A DNA stretch of 52,936 nt, taken from positions 1-52,936 of the forward strand of contig DF237547.1 of assembly GCA_000708835.1 (NCBI GenBank), read 5' to 3'. Source of the stretch: Klebsormidium nitens (Eukaryota > Plantae > Klebsormidiophyceae). Below the pieces are notes generated by a model. That model was not told where the DNA came from, did no database searches, and saw only the letters and a list, made by a program, of their open reading frames with translations. A program made the position numbers and the translations under genes. Positions 11,423-23,271 of this stretch are shown here, in pieces (position 1 is the stretch's first letter; each line of letters starts with the position of its first letter).

Positions 11423-12379
11423 TCAACGGCAGGTTAGCTCAAGCTTTTCCCAGAACGCCAAGCAAACTAGACATACCTTGATCTGACGCACCAAGCGAAG
11501 CGCAAACTTCGCACGCTCACTTAGCGTCGCCGGTCTCGTCGCTTGTTCCTCCTCCGCTTCCATTTCCATAATCCTCCTGTTCGACAATACGAAGACTTCT
11601 GACGTCGGCAATGACGCATCGTACTCGGCGTACGTCAGCGTGCTGCGCGCTTTCACGCGCACCGCGTGGAACTGCTCTGAGCGCACGCACATCACGTGGC
11701 CGGGCGCGTGCGCGCGCGTTTTGACCTTGATTACTTTTCCGGGGGCTGTGTAAGCCGCGGATAAGCGCCCCCCCGGCTCCCTCTTGCAGCGGAAATGCTC
11801 TCCCCCCTCCCTGGACGACACCTCGTAAAGGCTCTCCTCGTACCCCCCCGCGAGGCAAGCCGTCCAAAAGGGGAGCCGGTGGTTGTGTATATACGTATCT
11901 GACGTCCCCTCATAAAAGAAATGGATGCGCTCGTAAGGCCCCAGGAAGAGCTGCAGCATGACGCCCGGTATGTGTCTAATCTCTGCGATACCTACCGCAA
12001 GCAAACCCCTCAGGAGCGAGCGCGCGCGAGTCCCCCTGCTCGCATTCTGCAGCTCGCGCAGCTTTGGGCCGTCCTCTCTGCCATTTCCCCCGCCACCCAA
12101 CTTTTGCAGGAGAACGCCCGCTAAGTTAGCCGCAAGCAACAGAAACGTTTGGCACCATTCCTCTCCGTTGTTTCTTTCAAGGGCACCATTGCGTGGGATC
12201 AGGTCGCTTGCAGACTTGCTCCTTTTAGCTGACTGCTCTGTCTTGCTGCATCGTCTGTTTGGAGGGCACGTGGCTGCCCCTTGCAACGAGGAACGGATCT
12301 GAGCGCGTCCTCCAAAAGCAGAGCTGCGCCGATCCGTGCCAAAGTTGAGAGGGCTGCATAGGATAGCAGATTTAAACAT
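11423..12379 (-). CDS. Cupin-fold (cysteine dioxygenase-like) protein with a probable plastid transit peptide
   Basis: 318-aa ORF with RIHFF...YIHNHRLPFWTACLAGGYEESLY and PGHVMCVRSEQFHAV (HxH...E...H cupin pattern). The N-terminus is Ser/Arg-rich. A donor AAG|GTATGT at 11477/11476 suggests splicing to a short last exon at 11305-11219. Confidence 0.75.
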   Translation of the reverse strand: MFKSAILCSPLNFGTDRRSSAFGGRAQIRSSLQGAATCPPNRRCSKTEQSAKRSKSASDLIPRNGALERNNGEEWCQTFLLLAANLAGVLLQKLGGGGNGREDGPKLRELQNASRGTRARSLLRGLLAVGIAEIRHIPGVMLQLFLGPYERIHFFYEGTSDTYIHNHRLPFWTACLAGGYEESLYEVSSREGGEHFRCKREPGGRLSAAYTAPGKVIKVKTRAHAPGHVMCVRSEQFHAVRVKARSTLTYAEYDASLPTSEVFVLSNRRIMEMEAEEEQATRPATLSERAKFALRLVRQIKVCLVCLAFWEKLELTCR

Positions 12380-13849
12380 TTAGCCTTGCGTTTCATAAGC
12401 TTCTTGAGAGGGCAGCATGGGATCTTTTGAGAATGGCAGGGAGGCCGCTTTGTTTCAGAAGCATCTGAACTTCCAAACTTTGGTCGATTGAAAGCAAGGC
12501 AGGGTCCGTGTGTCGTTCTCCCTTGCTAGACTTGTAGAGGCACTTGACTGCTTTCCGCAAACGTCTCCTTGTCCCATCACGATCGCTTCGGATCAGCGCT
12601 CCTTTCCCAGCATTCAGAATCATTTCCTGATATGCATTGAGTCGAGGGAGGTGATCGAGTCGCGACATCAAACGGTGATGATCACAGTACTAGCTCTGGA
12701 CCTGATAAGTGTGACGATATGGAGCTAGTCGTGATGTCAGGCATGAGCTCAGTGACGACTCCTGTCTGCGGAAGGTTCGAAAGGGGGCAGTCCAGTCGCC
12801 CTTCTTGTTGCTGTTGTCGGGAGATCAGGCCCCCAAGACGCAGTCGCTCATAATGCAGGAGAGCGTGCGAGCTACGCTCACTAGCTTAGCAGCGGATCCG
12901 CCTTCAGGTTTGCGACCGGTAGCCTAGGTCTTGATTACTGATGCCATGAGAAGTAGCAGATTGTACGGTACAGTAAGTGGAACTTCAAGCGAGCATTCTT
13001 AGGACCACGCTCTCTTCCGTTCGATCCGAGGACTTCAATGGTGTACCCTTGGCCGCATCGAAGCGCCCGGTGATGATTCGTTTCCCCGAGGGCTTTTGAT
13101 GCCGCAGCCTGTCAATAACGTACGGTATACAATTACCGCAGCTCTTCGAAGTACTCCCCTCTCTGATGAATGGCGTATTCTCAAATGGTTCGTCATGCTT
13201 GAGAAGGCAGGAGTATCTAACAGATTCGGATGACGAAGTTGCACATCGCTGCACATCAATCTCCGCTGTGAAGAACTTGGCCGCTCAAAACCCCTTTTTC
13301 GAAGTGGCTGTCCTGCGAAAGCGCCCACAGCCAAAGCGGCCCGCGTTTTCACGTGGCTGTTAGTTGGGAAACGAAGTTGACGCAGACTGCACGGTTGATC
13401 GAAGCGAGATACTTCATGATACAATCAGCTAAGTTCTTCTGACACACGATTCTGTGAGTTGCAGCCAGATGTGTACATATTCAGTGAGGTCGGAAACCAA
13501 TTCTTCGACAAAAAGGTGACGATCTTCTGCGTAATCAGCTTCTCTGCTTGCCGACGTCGTGTATATAAAAGTTAAGAATTCAAAAAGATAAAAGTAAGAG
13601 TTCAAAGATCCACCTCTGCTTCGGAATACTAAGATCCTCACGCGCCGTTTAATTCAACCGTTAAACATATGAACGGTAGCCGGGTGGGTAACCGACGGGT
13701 CAGGACGGATACAAGTTTTCAAGGCGCGCTATAAGACGAGATTTGGAAGCGTGTCCCCATTCTTCCTGATGTTGACGTCTCTCATGATCATCCAATTCCC
13801 TGTCAACTTCGCTTTTTCAGACTAACACAAATGAGACACTCTTTAGTCT

Positions 13850-14400
13850 GGGACGCGCGCAGGACGGTCCGCGGCGGCCGGCATTCACCCGCGGCCATCA
13901 TACTAAGATAGCGGGCCGCCCTTCAAGACTGGCCGCGCTCGCCTGCGCCGGGCGCGCAGGCCGCCCGGGAGGTGCGCCCGGTGCATCTGATTGCATATCA
14001 TGATGATCACCTGAAACGGGGTTGGCCGGCGATCGGTCGCGCAGCCGCGCCATGTGCTGGTCCCGGAGTCTGGTCGCCAACGTGGACGCCGGGTAGCGCC
14101 GCGGGTCCGGCCCGGTACGGCCTCGCGGGGTCCGCCGGGGATCATAAGATCGAGTCACAGGCTTCAATGTTGAAAGATCCGGCGGCGAGTCCGGCGTGGC
14201 CCGCGGCCTGGCCGGCCGCGTGTCGGGACTGCGCGCTGCCAGTTGTCGGGAAAGCTTGCGCGCGTGCGCGTGCAGACCCCCTGCACAGATGAATCTGGTG
14301 TCTACTGATCGACAGGTAGTCATGTCAACCGTGCACGAGCGGGAGGGACTCGTGGCCCGGTGGGAATCTTCCTGGCGCCGTGTCATTTGCGGGTGAGTCT
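13850..14400. promoter_or_regulatory. GC/CpG-rich palindromic island between divergently oriented genes
   Basis: Very dense GGCC, CGCG and CCGG sites. It lies between the cupin ATG (12379, -) and the NAP-gene ATG (15384, +). The promoter role is inferred from position only. Confidence 0.3.
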
Positions 14401-15383
14401 AGATTACACCGACACCCGGTTGACGTGACCGTTGTTCTGTGCTTTTTATGGTCGCGAACCTCCGAAAATAAAGAACGGGTCACATCCACAATGTTCGATC
14501 TCGCAGCTAGCTTTCCAAACCTGGCCAGTTGGTCGTCAAGCTTCTGCAATACGAGATTCAGGCCAGCTTACGGTACACACTCGGCTCGAAGGCGCCTGCA
14601 CAGCTAAGACTTTTACCGTTCATAGCTTCGGGAAAAGCTGCTTGCTTTGAAGAGGCGCAGAGCCACCTCAAACTTGTTCAAACTCACGCTTGATGTACAA
14701 CCTTCAGGCCGCTTATAAACACAGCGAACCCTTGCAAAGTTGCTTCGTCTCTTGCACGGTTAAGCGGCTTTCTATGGCGTGCTGTTTCCATCTGCAAGCG
14801 GTCCCAGGACCAAGACTGGAAGGCACCTGGATCAGCCACACACAATTCATGAAGATCGGACGCGACCGTCCTGTCTTGCGAGCTACACGTACGAAGACGT
14901 TCCACTCACAGGGAATCTTCGGAAGACCATCTTACCCTGAAGGAAGTGCTTTGGCCCTCAGCGTGAGGAAGCCGGTAAGTTTTTGCCGCTCTGAGGTCAC
15001 AATGTAACAGAGCTTGCACGACTTTCCACTAACAGACCCTGCTGAATGAGAATTTGTTACAGATACGTCTATAAAGATTACCCACCCATAAGAAGACTTT
15101 CAAAAGCCTCGTTATCAGAGTGTTCTGGACGGACTTTAGAACGTTTCTTCACCTGTGACTAAGATGTGACTACTTTTCCAACTGAGACTCCGTGAATGTT
15201 AGGATTCTGAAGATATGTTGTTTTAGTTGGATACCTTTGTCGTTTCTAAATAGAGAACTTCATGCACTGTGCTTCGCTGTAGCTACGCGAAACTTTTCAG
15301 GTTATAGGTATGATCTTTGCTTGGGTGTCAGCCAACCAGAAAAACCTCCTTTTTCCTGCTCTCTGTGCTTGAAGGTCTCCTCT

Positions 15384-18300
15384 ATGGCGTTTCCAGTCAT
15401 TTCACTTCTAGTGAACAAGAACCGGGAGAAAGTGCCTTTCCTACAACCAGCCACAGCGCACTTCCGGGGAGTCAGCAGAAACACCAGACAGTCACGTCTC
15501 CTCCCTTCAAGAATCTTCCCCAAGCCGCGCCAATCGCAAAACGCTGTTCCTCACAAACAAAGCACTCCGATCTTAGAGCAAGAGCTCAGCGAAGCTAATG
15601 AAACTGAGGAGCTAGACGATGCACAGCAGTACACCTGCGGCACAAGTCATAATCATGAGCCGGTACAAGCAACAGATCTGGAGCGAAACTCTGCACCGGA
15701 GAGACAGTCTCCTGATCGGGTTGCTTCCGGCCTGCCGTCTGTTGTACGAACTATACTTGGGTTTCTGGCCGTTGTTGCCTGCGCCTTCGCGCTTCCTTCG
15801 AGAGCTTCTGCAGCTGCAAGTCGGCCCAGTGGCAGTCTGCAGAAGGTATCCTCAGCAACAAAAAGCACTTCGCAGAAGCCGGACCACTCTACAATCAACG
15901 GTAAGAGACTACACAGCAGATGATCCTTTGAATCGAGATTTTTGACTTTTGCTTCCAGAAACTACTTTACGATTTTAGAACCAAAAATCAAAGCTGTTAA
16001 AGCCTGGGATCTGTCGTGAGCTGGCCCGAGGACTGTGCCAAACCAGCTGTGTTGTATTGCATAGCCTACCTCAAACACTTTCCCTTCATGAATCACAGTC
16101 ATGAAAGAACGCCCGGAGCGGGCGTGGATTGGCAGAGTCACGAGCGACTTCAACGGAGAGGACGGAAAAACCGAGGCCCTCGAAGATGTCGAGGCGGAAA
16201 ACTACCAGAATCACCTAAAGAAGGAGGTGGGGAACCTGTTGAGCACGCGGATCTCCTGGCTTCTTAGTAGGGCCTCCTGTGCAGCTAAATGAAGGGATTT
16301 TTGTCAGAGGGCGTGTTCTCTCAATGGTGATTCACTAAGAATCAGACGTTGAAACCTGCGCACATCTATATTTTTCGTACATTCTCAAATATTTTACCTC
16401 CTACCTACGGGCTGGAGAGCCGTTATGATGCTCTTTCCAACAAATTACGCCAACGTTTTGAATTTCGATGCTTTGTAAACCCAGTAATTTACAAGCCCTT
16501 CTGTTGCGCTATTGCCAGACCCCAAGATCATAGAGCAAACGGCTTTTTGTGTGGCTCTTTTGCAGATGGAGCTGGGCAAGTTCTTAGGAGTTCTCACTTC
16601 TGAATACATCCGGGCGGTGAAGAAGGCAGAGCCCCGCACTGACGCCAACCAGACGGTATCTTGTCGTCCTGGGAAGAGTGACGTAGACAATATATATAAT
16701 CAAGCACCAACTCTAACGGATCAGTAGGATGTGGCAAGACTTTCGCAGCTTTTCAGTTTGAAAAGTGCAACTTCACTTAAAAAGAGCTTGTCTAATTTGA
16801 AACCTGTCAAAAATTTTGAACTGCTGAATCCGTCAGAAGTTATACTGACACGTACTTTGAATGCTTGAAAAGAAGATCACTCCGTTCAGCTGTCCAACAT
16901 TAATAGGGATTGCTCGCCTTGGACTAAATGCAATACAAGGCAGTGACCGCTTGACCTGCCGCTTCCGTGATGACGAAGTGTAGATTCAGCAAACAATATC
17001 ACAGATTTGCTTAGTTGCAGGTCCTTGTGTATCAGCTAATGCTAGGTAGCCTATGTTCTGCGCAGCCGGTTTGGGCGGTACTAAAAGCTGATCCTCATCT
17101 GCCATCAGGTTGAGGCGAAATTGAATCGGAAAGTCGACTACGAAGAGCATTCAAGAGCAGGAGAAGGAGAAGATACGAAGGGAACTGAGACACATAATGA
17201 GAGTGACGAAGGTAGCAAAATTTTCAGCATTTTGGATGTAAGTTGACTTGCAAGGTGAAAGTGGCAGGTTTACCTTCGAATCACCGAGTGACCTCTGAAT
17301 CGTATGGCTGCAGTAGCTCAGGTCGAGAAGGCAACGTCATTTCCTTAAGGGAGTCCTTGAACTTCAATATTCCGCTGATTCGTGCTATGCAGATCAGAGG
17401 AATTCGTCCAAGTTCTGGGTGACCGCTCTTAAGCACAATCCTACCACTGGAAAGCGAGTAAGTTCTACCAGCTGATGGCTATACGAAGGCAGAAAGGTCT
17501 TCCCGGTCGTTGTGATCTCGCCGCAGACCAGTAGTCTGAGCTAAGATTCGAGATCCAGCCCTATTAAACAAAACAATTTCGTACTGATCCTACACAGACG
17601 GGGGCTGTCTGCTGCTGATTGTGCCGTTGAATACATGTTAAAGAAAGTGTGTGCTAACCTGACATGCTTCGCATGCAGATTTCTGCGCAGGATGAAGAGG
17701 TCCTCAAATTTTTGCGGGACGTGCAGTGCGGTCCCGTGGAGAACAACAAGGGCTTTGCGCTGCACTTCCACTTCGCCCCCAATCCCTACTTCAAAAACAA
17801 AGTGGTAAAGATTCTACGATGAGGATGCATTGGGAAATAGACCCAGCTGAGATAAGAAACCCTTTGCGCTGTATCCTGTCGCTGGCTTATCTCTCAGGGC
17901 TTGACCAATCAAATTTGCGGCCCAAACTTGCCAAAAGGGGTTTATATCTCATCCGGGAGGTTTCACATCATAAAACAGGGCAGCTGATCTGACTCAATGT
18001 ATATAAATTCAGCTCAGTTGACATTTTCTTTCTCTTTTACCACCAATGAGATTGAAGGTACGTTGAGGATTCGAAATGATTCCATAACAATGAAGTTAGA
18101 TTTTCGCTTCTCTAGCCAGTTACTGTTCAGTTGAAAAGCAGCCACCTTGATGCAGCTGTCCAAGTTCTTCATCGTGGAACCATTGGCGGCAGCTGGCCGA
18201 TACCAGGTGTTACAGGCGGATGGGACAGATATTGATTGGCTGCCTGATTGGACGATGGAGCAAAAACATGCGACTGTCAGCCCTGACAGTTCTCGCGGCT

Positions 18301-20726
18301 TCTTTGAGTTCTTCAAGACGCCCACGTCTCCCAATGGAAACGATTCCACTGAGGTACGGCTGTTGCCTGGTACTTAATATCAGAAAGAGTCAAGCTGCCG
18401 AGAAGAGTCCGAGAACATGATCATCACACGAAACAACTGCCTTCTTATTCGGAACTGATTTGCCCATGTCTACCTTTCGGAGTCTAAATTATTTTTGGCA
18501 CCAGGGTTCTTCCGACTTTCAGTTTCATATGAAAGAACTCTAGAAGGTGACGTTGCGATGTCTTGCAGGAAGAGGATCAGAGTCCATCGTGCGCGAATGA
18601 GGGACTTCTTCATGGGCTGCATAATCAAAGAGAGCGTCATCCCGCATGCAATCGACTGGTTCCATGATCGCGTGGTGGAGCTCCACGACAAAGAACCGGC
18701 TGAAGGTTCCTCAACGTTAGAGCTGCCGCAGGACATGACAATAGGAAGAATGGGACCCGTACCTTCGATACTACTCGACAAGGTAAGCACGTCGTCTTGA
18801 CCACCTGAAAGCCTCAAAGTACAGCGGATCGAAGAGTGTGGCCGTGAGCTTCGTCATGTCAAGCTTAGGGGGTGAAGAAGGACTGCGAACGGCATTCAGT
18901 ACATCAAGTCTGGTAATATCTCTGTCGCGTTGTTGAGCAGCAAAAAGAACTGTTAGGTTTTCATGCGGCTAGTGCTGCTGGACATCCGAAACAGTGTTAC
19001 CAGAACGTAGCTCCGCGGAAAGCATCGGATGTGAACCTATCGTGAGAAGGAAAACTCGAAAAGTGTGACAGGAAGTATTCGTGAGACAGCTTGTTTTGTC
19101 CTCTTGTTCAGGAGCTTTTGCCGGCCATGCTAGAGTACGCGCGCCAGGAAAACAAAAGCCTCAAAGCGGATCAAGCATCGTTGCACACCGTACTGCAGAG
19201 CGTGGAAAACTACCTGGAGAGTCTGCTAAGGGCTGTTAAGATATGCTACGATATTGGGCTTGCGGACTCAAAGATCTTTCCGAGTATTCCAACGAAAGGG
19301 GGAGATGTAAATGAAATCAACATGATCGGGTGTGGTCTGGCGGATGCACTGAATGAACACCAGAGGGACGTTCAGCTCCTAGATGCAGCGTGCCAACAGC
19401 ATCAGATACGCACCTTGATCCGCTCCGTGGAAATGGATGCTTACAGGCGCTCGTTGTTCAAACCGAACCAAGCGGATGACGTGGTGAGCCATATGCGAGC
19501 ACTTGCACCTCAATTTTTTCTACTTTTGAGCCGGCAGGTTTTCTCAGAACAGAGAGGGTGACCGTGCCTCAATTTCAAAATCAACTTCTTACGTGTCGTG
19601 TAGCAGATATGTCTGACTGCCCTTGCTGGCTTCCCTTGAATCCTCAAAATGACAGGACATATTCGCGTTGAAACTTGACTGGAAAGGGAGGCTACTGACC
19701 CATTACGAACATACCAGCGATTCGCTTGCAGTTTCTCTTTTTCAAGCTCGCCCCGCGTGGATCACTGTGCTTGGTTCTGATGACTGGGAAGGTGTGTTTG
19801 GATTTCAAGACTTTACTATCCCGTTTACAAGGGGGCATCAGCAATTGTATAGATATTACCAGATGGGCTACATCTTCTCTTGTTTCATCCTAATGCTCTG
19901 CTTAAACGCCTGACAATCGCCTACTGTGACTTCGCAGTCAGCATCGCAATCTCCGGAAGTCCATGTCTTGGTGACTCGCGTAGCAGCATATGTTAAGCTC
20001 ACTCGAAGCGCGTTTGATCCGATTTTTACAATCTCTTTCCAGGTTGTCAAAGCGCGTGCTTTTACAGCGGGTCTGAACAAGCTGGTGCAACGTCTGGAGG
20101 AGCTCAAAGCAGACACTTTGTTGGATTCAGAGTTGCTTTACCATGCAGACGAGGTGATTTAGGATCTTCGTTCCGACACTTTATGAGGAGGCGTCAGCCG
20201 CCATTTTCTTGCTGCTCCATTGTTGCCAATTCTCTAGTCTGCAGTACAGGTGCAAACGCTACCGTTGCTTTAAGCGCAATTTAAGAAAAAGAGACGGTGC
20301 GGGCTTGCTCGTGTGACGTGACTCTCTCGTGCCAGGCCTCGTTGATCCACCACGTAGTTGAGTCCGTCCATCTTTTGTACGCGCAAAGTTTTGAAGTGGC
20401 CCTTCTTTGGAGTGCAGAAAACGGCTAAGATGGAGGCTTCGTGGCTCGTTCAGCTTCTCTCCGACTGGCGTCAGCTTTCGGCGAGTACGTTCGCCATCAA
20501 GCAAGCTGCCCTCGAAATGAGAGATGCGTTGGAAGCAGACTTGCAGAGCCGCCAGCTTTACGTGGAAGCTTGTGAAACAGCACTTGAGGGACCGCAGTAT
20601 TCGGCTGAACGGGTTTGGGAAGCGATCTGGAAGCCTTTCGCTAGGATGCAATGGGATGAGCGTCTACGAATAGATGCTGAACACAAGCTGCTCGCTGCTG
20701 TAATCAAAGGCTTCAGACGGAACTAA
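15384..20726 (+). CDS. Nucleosome assembly protein (NAP1/SET) domain protein with a transit-peptide-like N-terminus and an extra helical C-terminal region, about 750 aa
   Basis: Exons: 15384-15900, 16099-16226, 16566-16655, 17109-17211, 17393-17457, 17679-17804, 18156-18353, ~18573-18782 (acceptor uncertain), 19112-19483, 19747-19791, 20043-20153, 20418-20726. NAP motifs: KFWVTALKH, QDEEVLKFLRDV, GFALHFHFAPNPYFKNKVLSK, GTDIDW, GFFEFF, IIKESVIPHAIDWF. Confidence 0.85.
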
Positions 20727-20989
20727 GAGTCAACAGACCTGGAGCCTTGACACCAATTTCAAACAGCTTGAGTACGTCTACCCGCCACGACTGGGTCATG
20801 GAGGCCACCAAATACGTCGACTCGTGCATCCTTTGAGATTATCATGTCTACTTAGTCTGTGGCTTCCTTCGGGTAGCAAGCCACAGTGCGCTCCAAAGTA
20901 CACTTATCTTCTTCGATGGAAGCTCGCCGATGTGTTGGAGAGCCATAACGCACATGTGTACACAAAACGTCATTTTGTTTTCAATAGTA

Positions 20990-21570
20990 GATGGTGAATT
21001 CCGACCTTCGGCATGGAAAGCTGGCATCGAAAGCTGGTCCTGTACAGGGTCTCAAGTCATTACGGACCCGGCTCGCTAGTTCAAGCACGTATTATGTCTT
21101 GGTTTTCCACATGAGCTATATATTGATCATTGGACTTGCAGAACTCACCGGCCGCCCGATTCATGGGCTCAGTGAGTTTAGAGTTACCTAAACTTAGTTA
21201 CCTAGCTAATTGATGGGCCCGGTCACACGTGATTGACGTGCTCGTTGATTCGATCATGCGCTTTTTGAGCCCGGCCGGCTAGCTAGCCGTCGTAGCCGAG
21301 CGGCCATGTTCAACCATCATGTATATACGCAGGCATGATGGTAGGCATGTCAGTGACCCGCCCAATGACGCCCGGCCGTGCATGTGACATGGGAGCCCCT
21401 ATAGGGCTCAAATGCCGGTCGGCTGATATGGTGCATGTGTATTGCGAGCTGCGGGCCATCGAGCTAGAGACATTTATTGGGCCCGAGTCCTAGCCTGGCC
21501 GCCAGGCGGGGGCCCAAGTGCGCTCATGCAGTGCGCCCATTAAAGGTACGTGCACGGAAGGCATGACGTG
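20990..21570. other. Intergenic palindrome/hairpin-rich island
   Basis: Perfect 14-bp palindrome CGGCTAGCTAGCCG at 21276-21289, hairpins ACCATCATG...CATGATGGT and GAGCCC-CTATA-GGGCTC, and about 6 CTAG sites in 0.5 kb. Confidence 0.55.
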
Positions 21571-23271
21571 TTGCGCAGGGGCTGGTTGTTCGAGCACAAA
21601 AACTCGCATTTCAAGTAGTTTGACACATTTACTTGAGGACAAGATGGTCAGAAAGTTATCAAATTCCTGCAGTCGCCTTTGTCATTAGCCTTTAGTCCGC
21701 AAATCCAGAGCTTTCAAGAGCCGTTGTGATCGAAGAACCCTCGACACATCACTCGTCCAATGATTGTGGTGAACAACTTCCTAAACAGCTCAACACGGAC
21801 AACTCGCGTACGAACTCGCCATCTTATGGTTAGCACTAAATTTCACTTTTGGTTCTACCTCCTATATTCGCCACTGACCCTCCCACTAGTTGGTTGGCAG
21901 TGACCCAGCATACGGTGACTATCCAATGACCTTGTTTCCTCGGCTTCTTGCAAAAGTTCGTGAACCAAGGACGATAATAAATGCTTGCGCCAACTGATCG
22001 CTGAGAGGCGTCCTGCAGAGTTGAGAAGTCTAGCACCCTAACGGAACCTACTTCTCGATCTGCAATTCCAGACCTCGAGCGACCCGTCTTGTCCCGCAGC
22101 TTGGTCTACCTGCATGGCAAATGCGACCATTTGAACTACTTCTAGCAACGAAGCACCGAAACTTGTCACAAAAGTAAAAAACAGTTGGTACAGTCACGTC
22201 TGTAGTTGATCTTTGACTGACGCACCGGGGCGTGCGTCAGCCGACAACGACGGCAGCAAGGCCGGAGACAATATTTCGCGCAAAATTGACGACCTTCAGA
22301 CTTGACACGTGGTCCGCGATCCTCCGGAAGGTTAAGAACTTCGCAGACAATGAGACGAAGACGGAGTGTTCCGCACTTAGTTTTATGCGACAAACTTCCC
22401 AAAGGTCCGATCTGCATCCATGAGCGAATCGAGTTCCAAGAGCAGTCTCATACGGAGGCGATTCTTGCATGAGCGGACGCAAGCTTGAAAGCAGCCGAAC
22501 TCCAGAAAGCATGGCTTCCTCCAAACCAGGTCATATTTGGTCGGCGCCTGGGCAATGACTCCAAAAAGACGACTTTGGTTGAAGACAAAATAGCTATTCT
22601 GGTGGGATGTTTGCCTGGAACTGGCTTTGGGGTTGAGAGTCCTGACCGGACTCGCTCAAGTACTGGGTGGACTCGTAGGCTCACATAAATCTCGTTTCTT
22701 GGGCTGGAAGTTTGAAGGATTTGCACAGGCCTTCTTGGAACTACTTTTGCCCCGTCATTGCCTTCGCCTTACCTCGGAGATGGACTCTCCGCAGCAACGT
22801 AGCAGCTCAGGACAGTTCCACAGCGCAGATGAAGCGTCTCGCGCGCCGTCCTTTGAGCACGTTCCGACAGCGCGCCTCCCGCCCGCCCATAACCGCCCCG
22901 CACTGCTAGCAAATCCTTCGACTCTTTTCTTGGCCGACTCCCCGGCTCTAACCCGACAGTAACCCACTTTACAACAAGCACCTCCTCCCTAAGGAGTTTC
23001 GTTATGGGCCCTGTAGCTGCCATTGCCACCACAGACTCACTGGTTATACCGCCACTGGCAGCGCAACGGCGGAATTACAGGGCCCCCGGGCGGGTTTCAC
23101 CTTCTTGGACTGAATGCCAGGTTGCCCTAAAGCTGGCAGAGGGTTATCCCTGCCCCGAGACTTTCCCTGGGTAGCCAACCGTTTCCGCTCGCTTAGATTT
23201 CCGTAGGCTGTCGACGCTTTATACTAGTTACGCCCCAACAGTACGCGGCGCGGGCATACACACTGCACGCT

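Noticed and set aside
12393-13641. Several minus-strand ORFs upstream of the cupin gene
   Set aside because: No motifs and no phase-consistent splice model.
13898-14396. Overlapping Arg/Pro/Ala-rich ORFs on both strands
   Set aside because: Explained by extreme GC content; low-complexity translations.
15192-15383. Upstream non-ATG start of the 243-aa ORF
   Set aside because: In a eukaryote the ATG at 15384 is the plausible start, and it gives a phase-consistent exon.
21836-23032. Possible two-exon minus-strand gene (~23019-22773 joined to ~22710-22448) or small plus-strand gene
   Set aside because: A spliced ~170-aa frame can be built but has no recognisable features, and it lies just downstream of the RsmE stop. 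Not supportable without transcripts.
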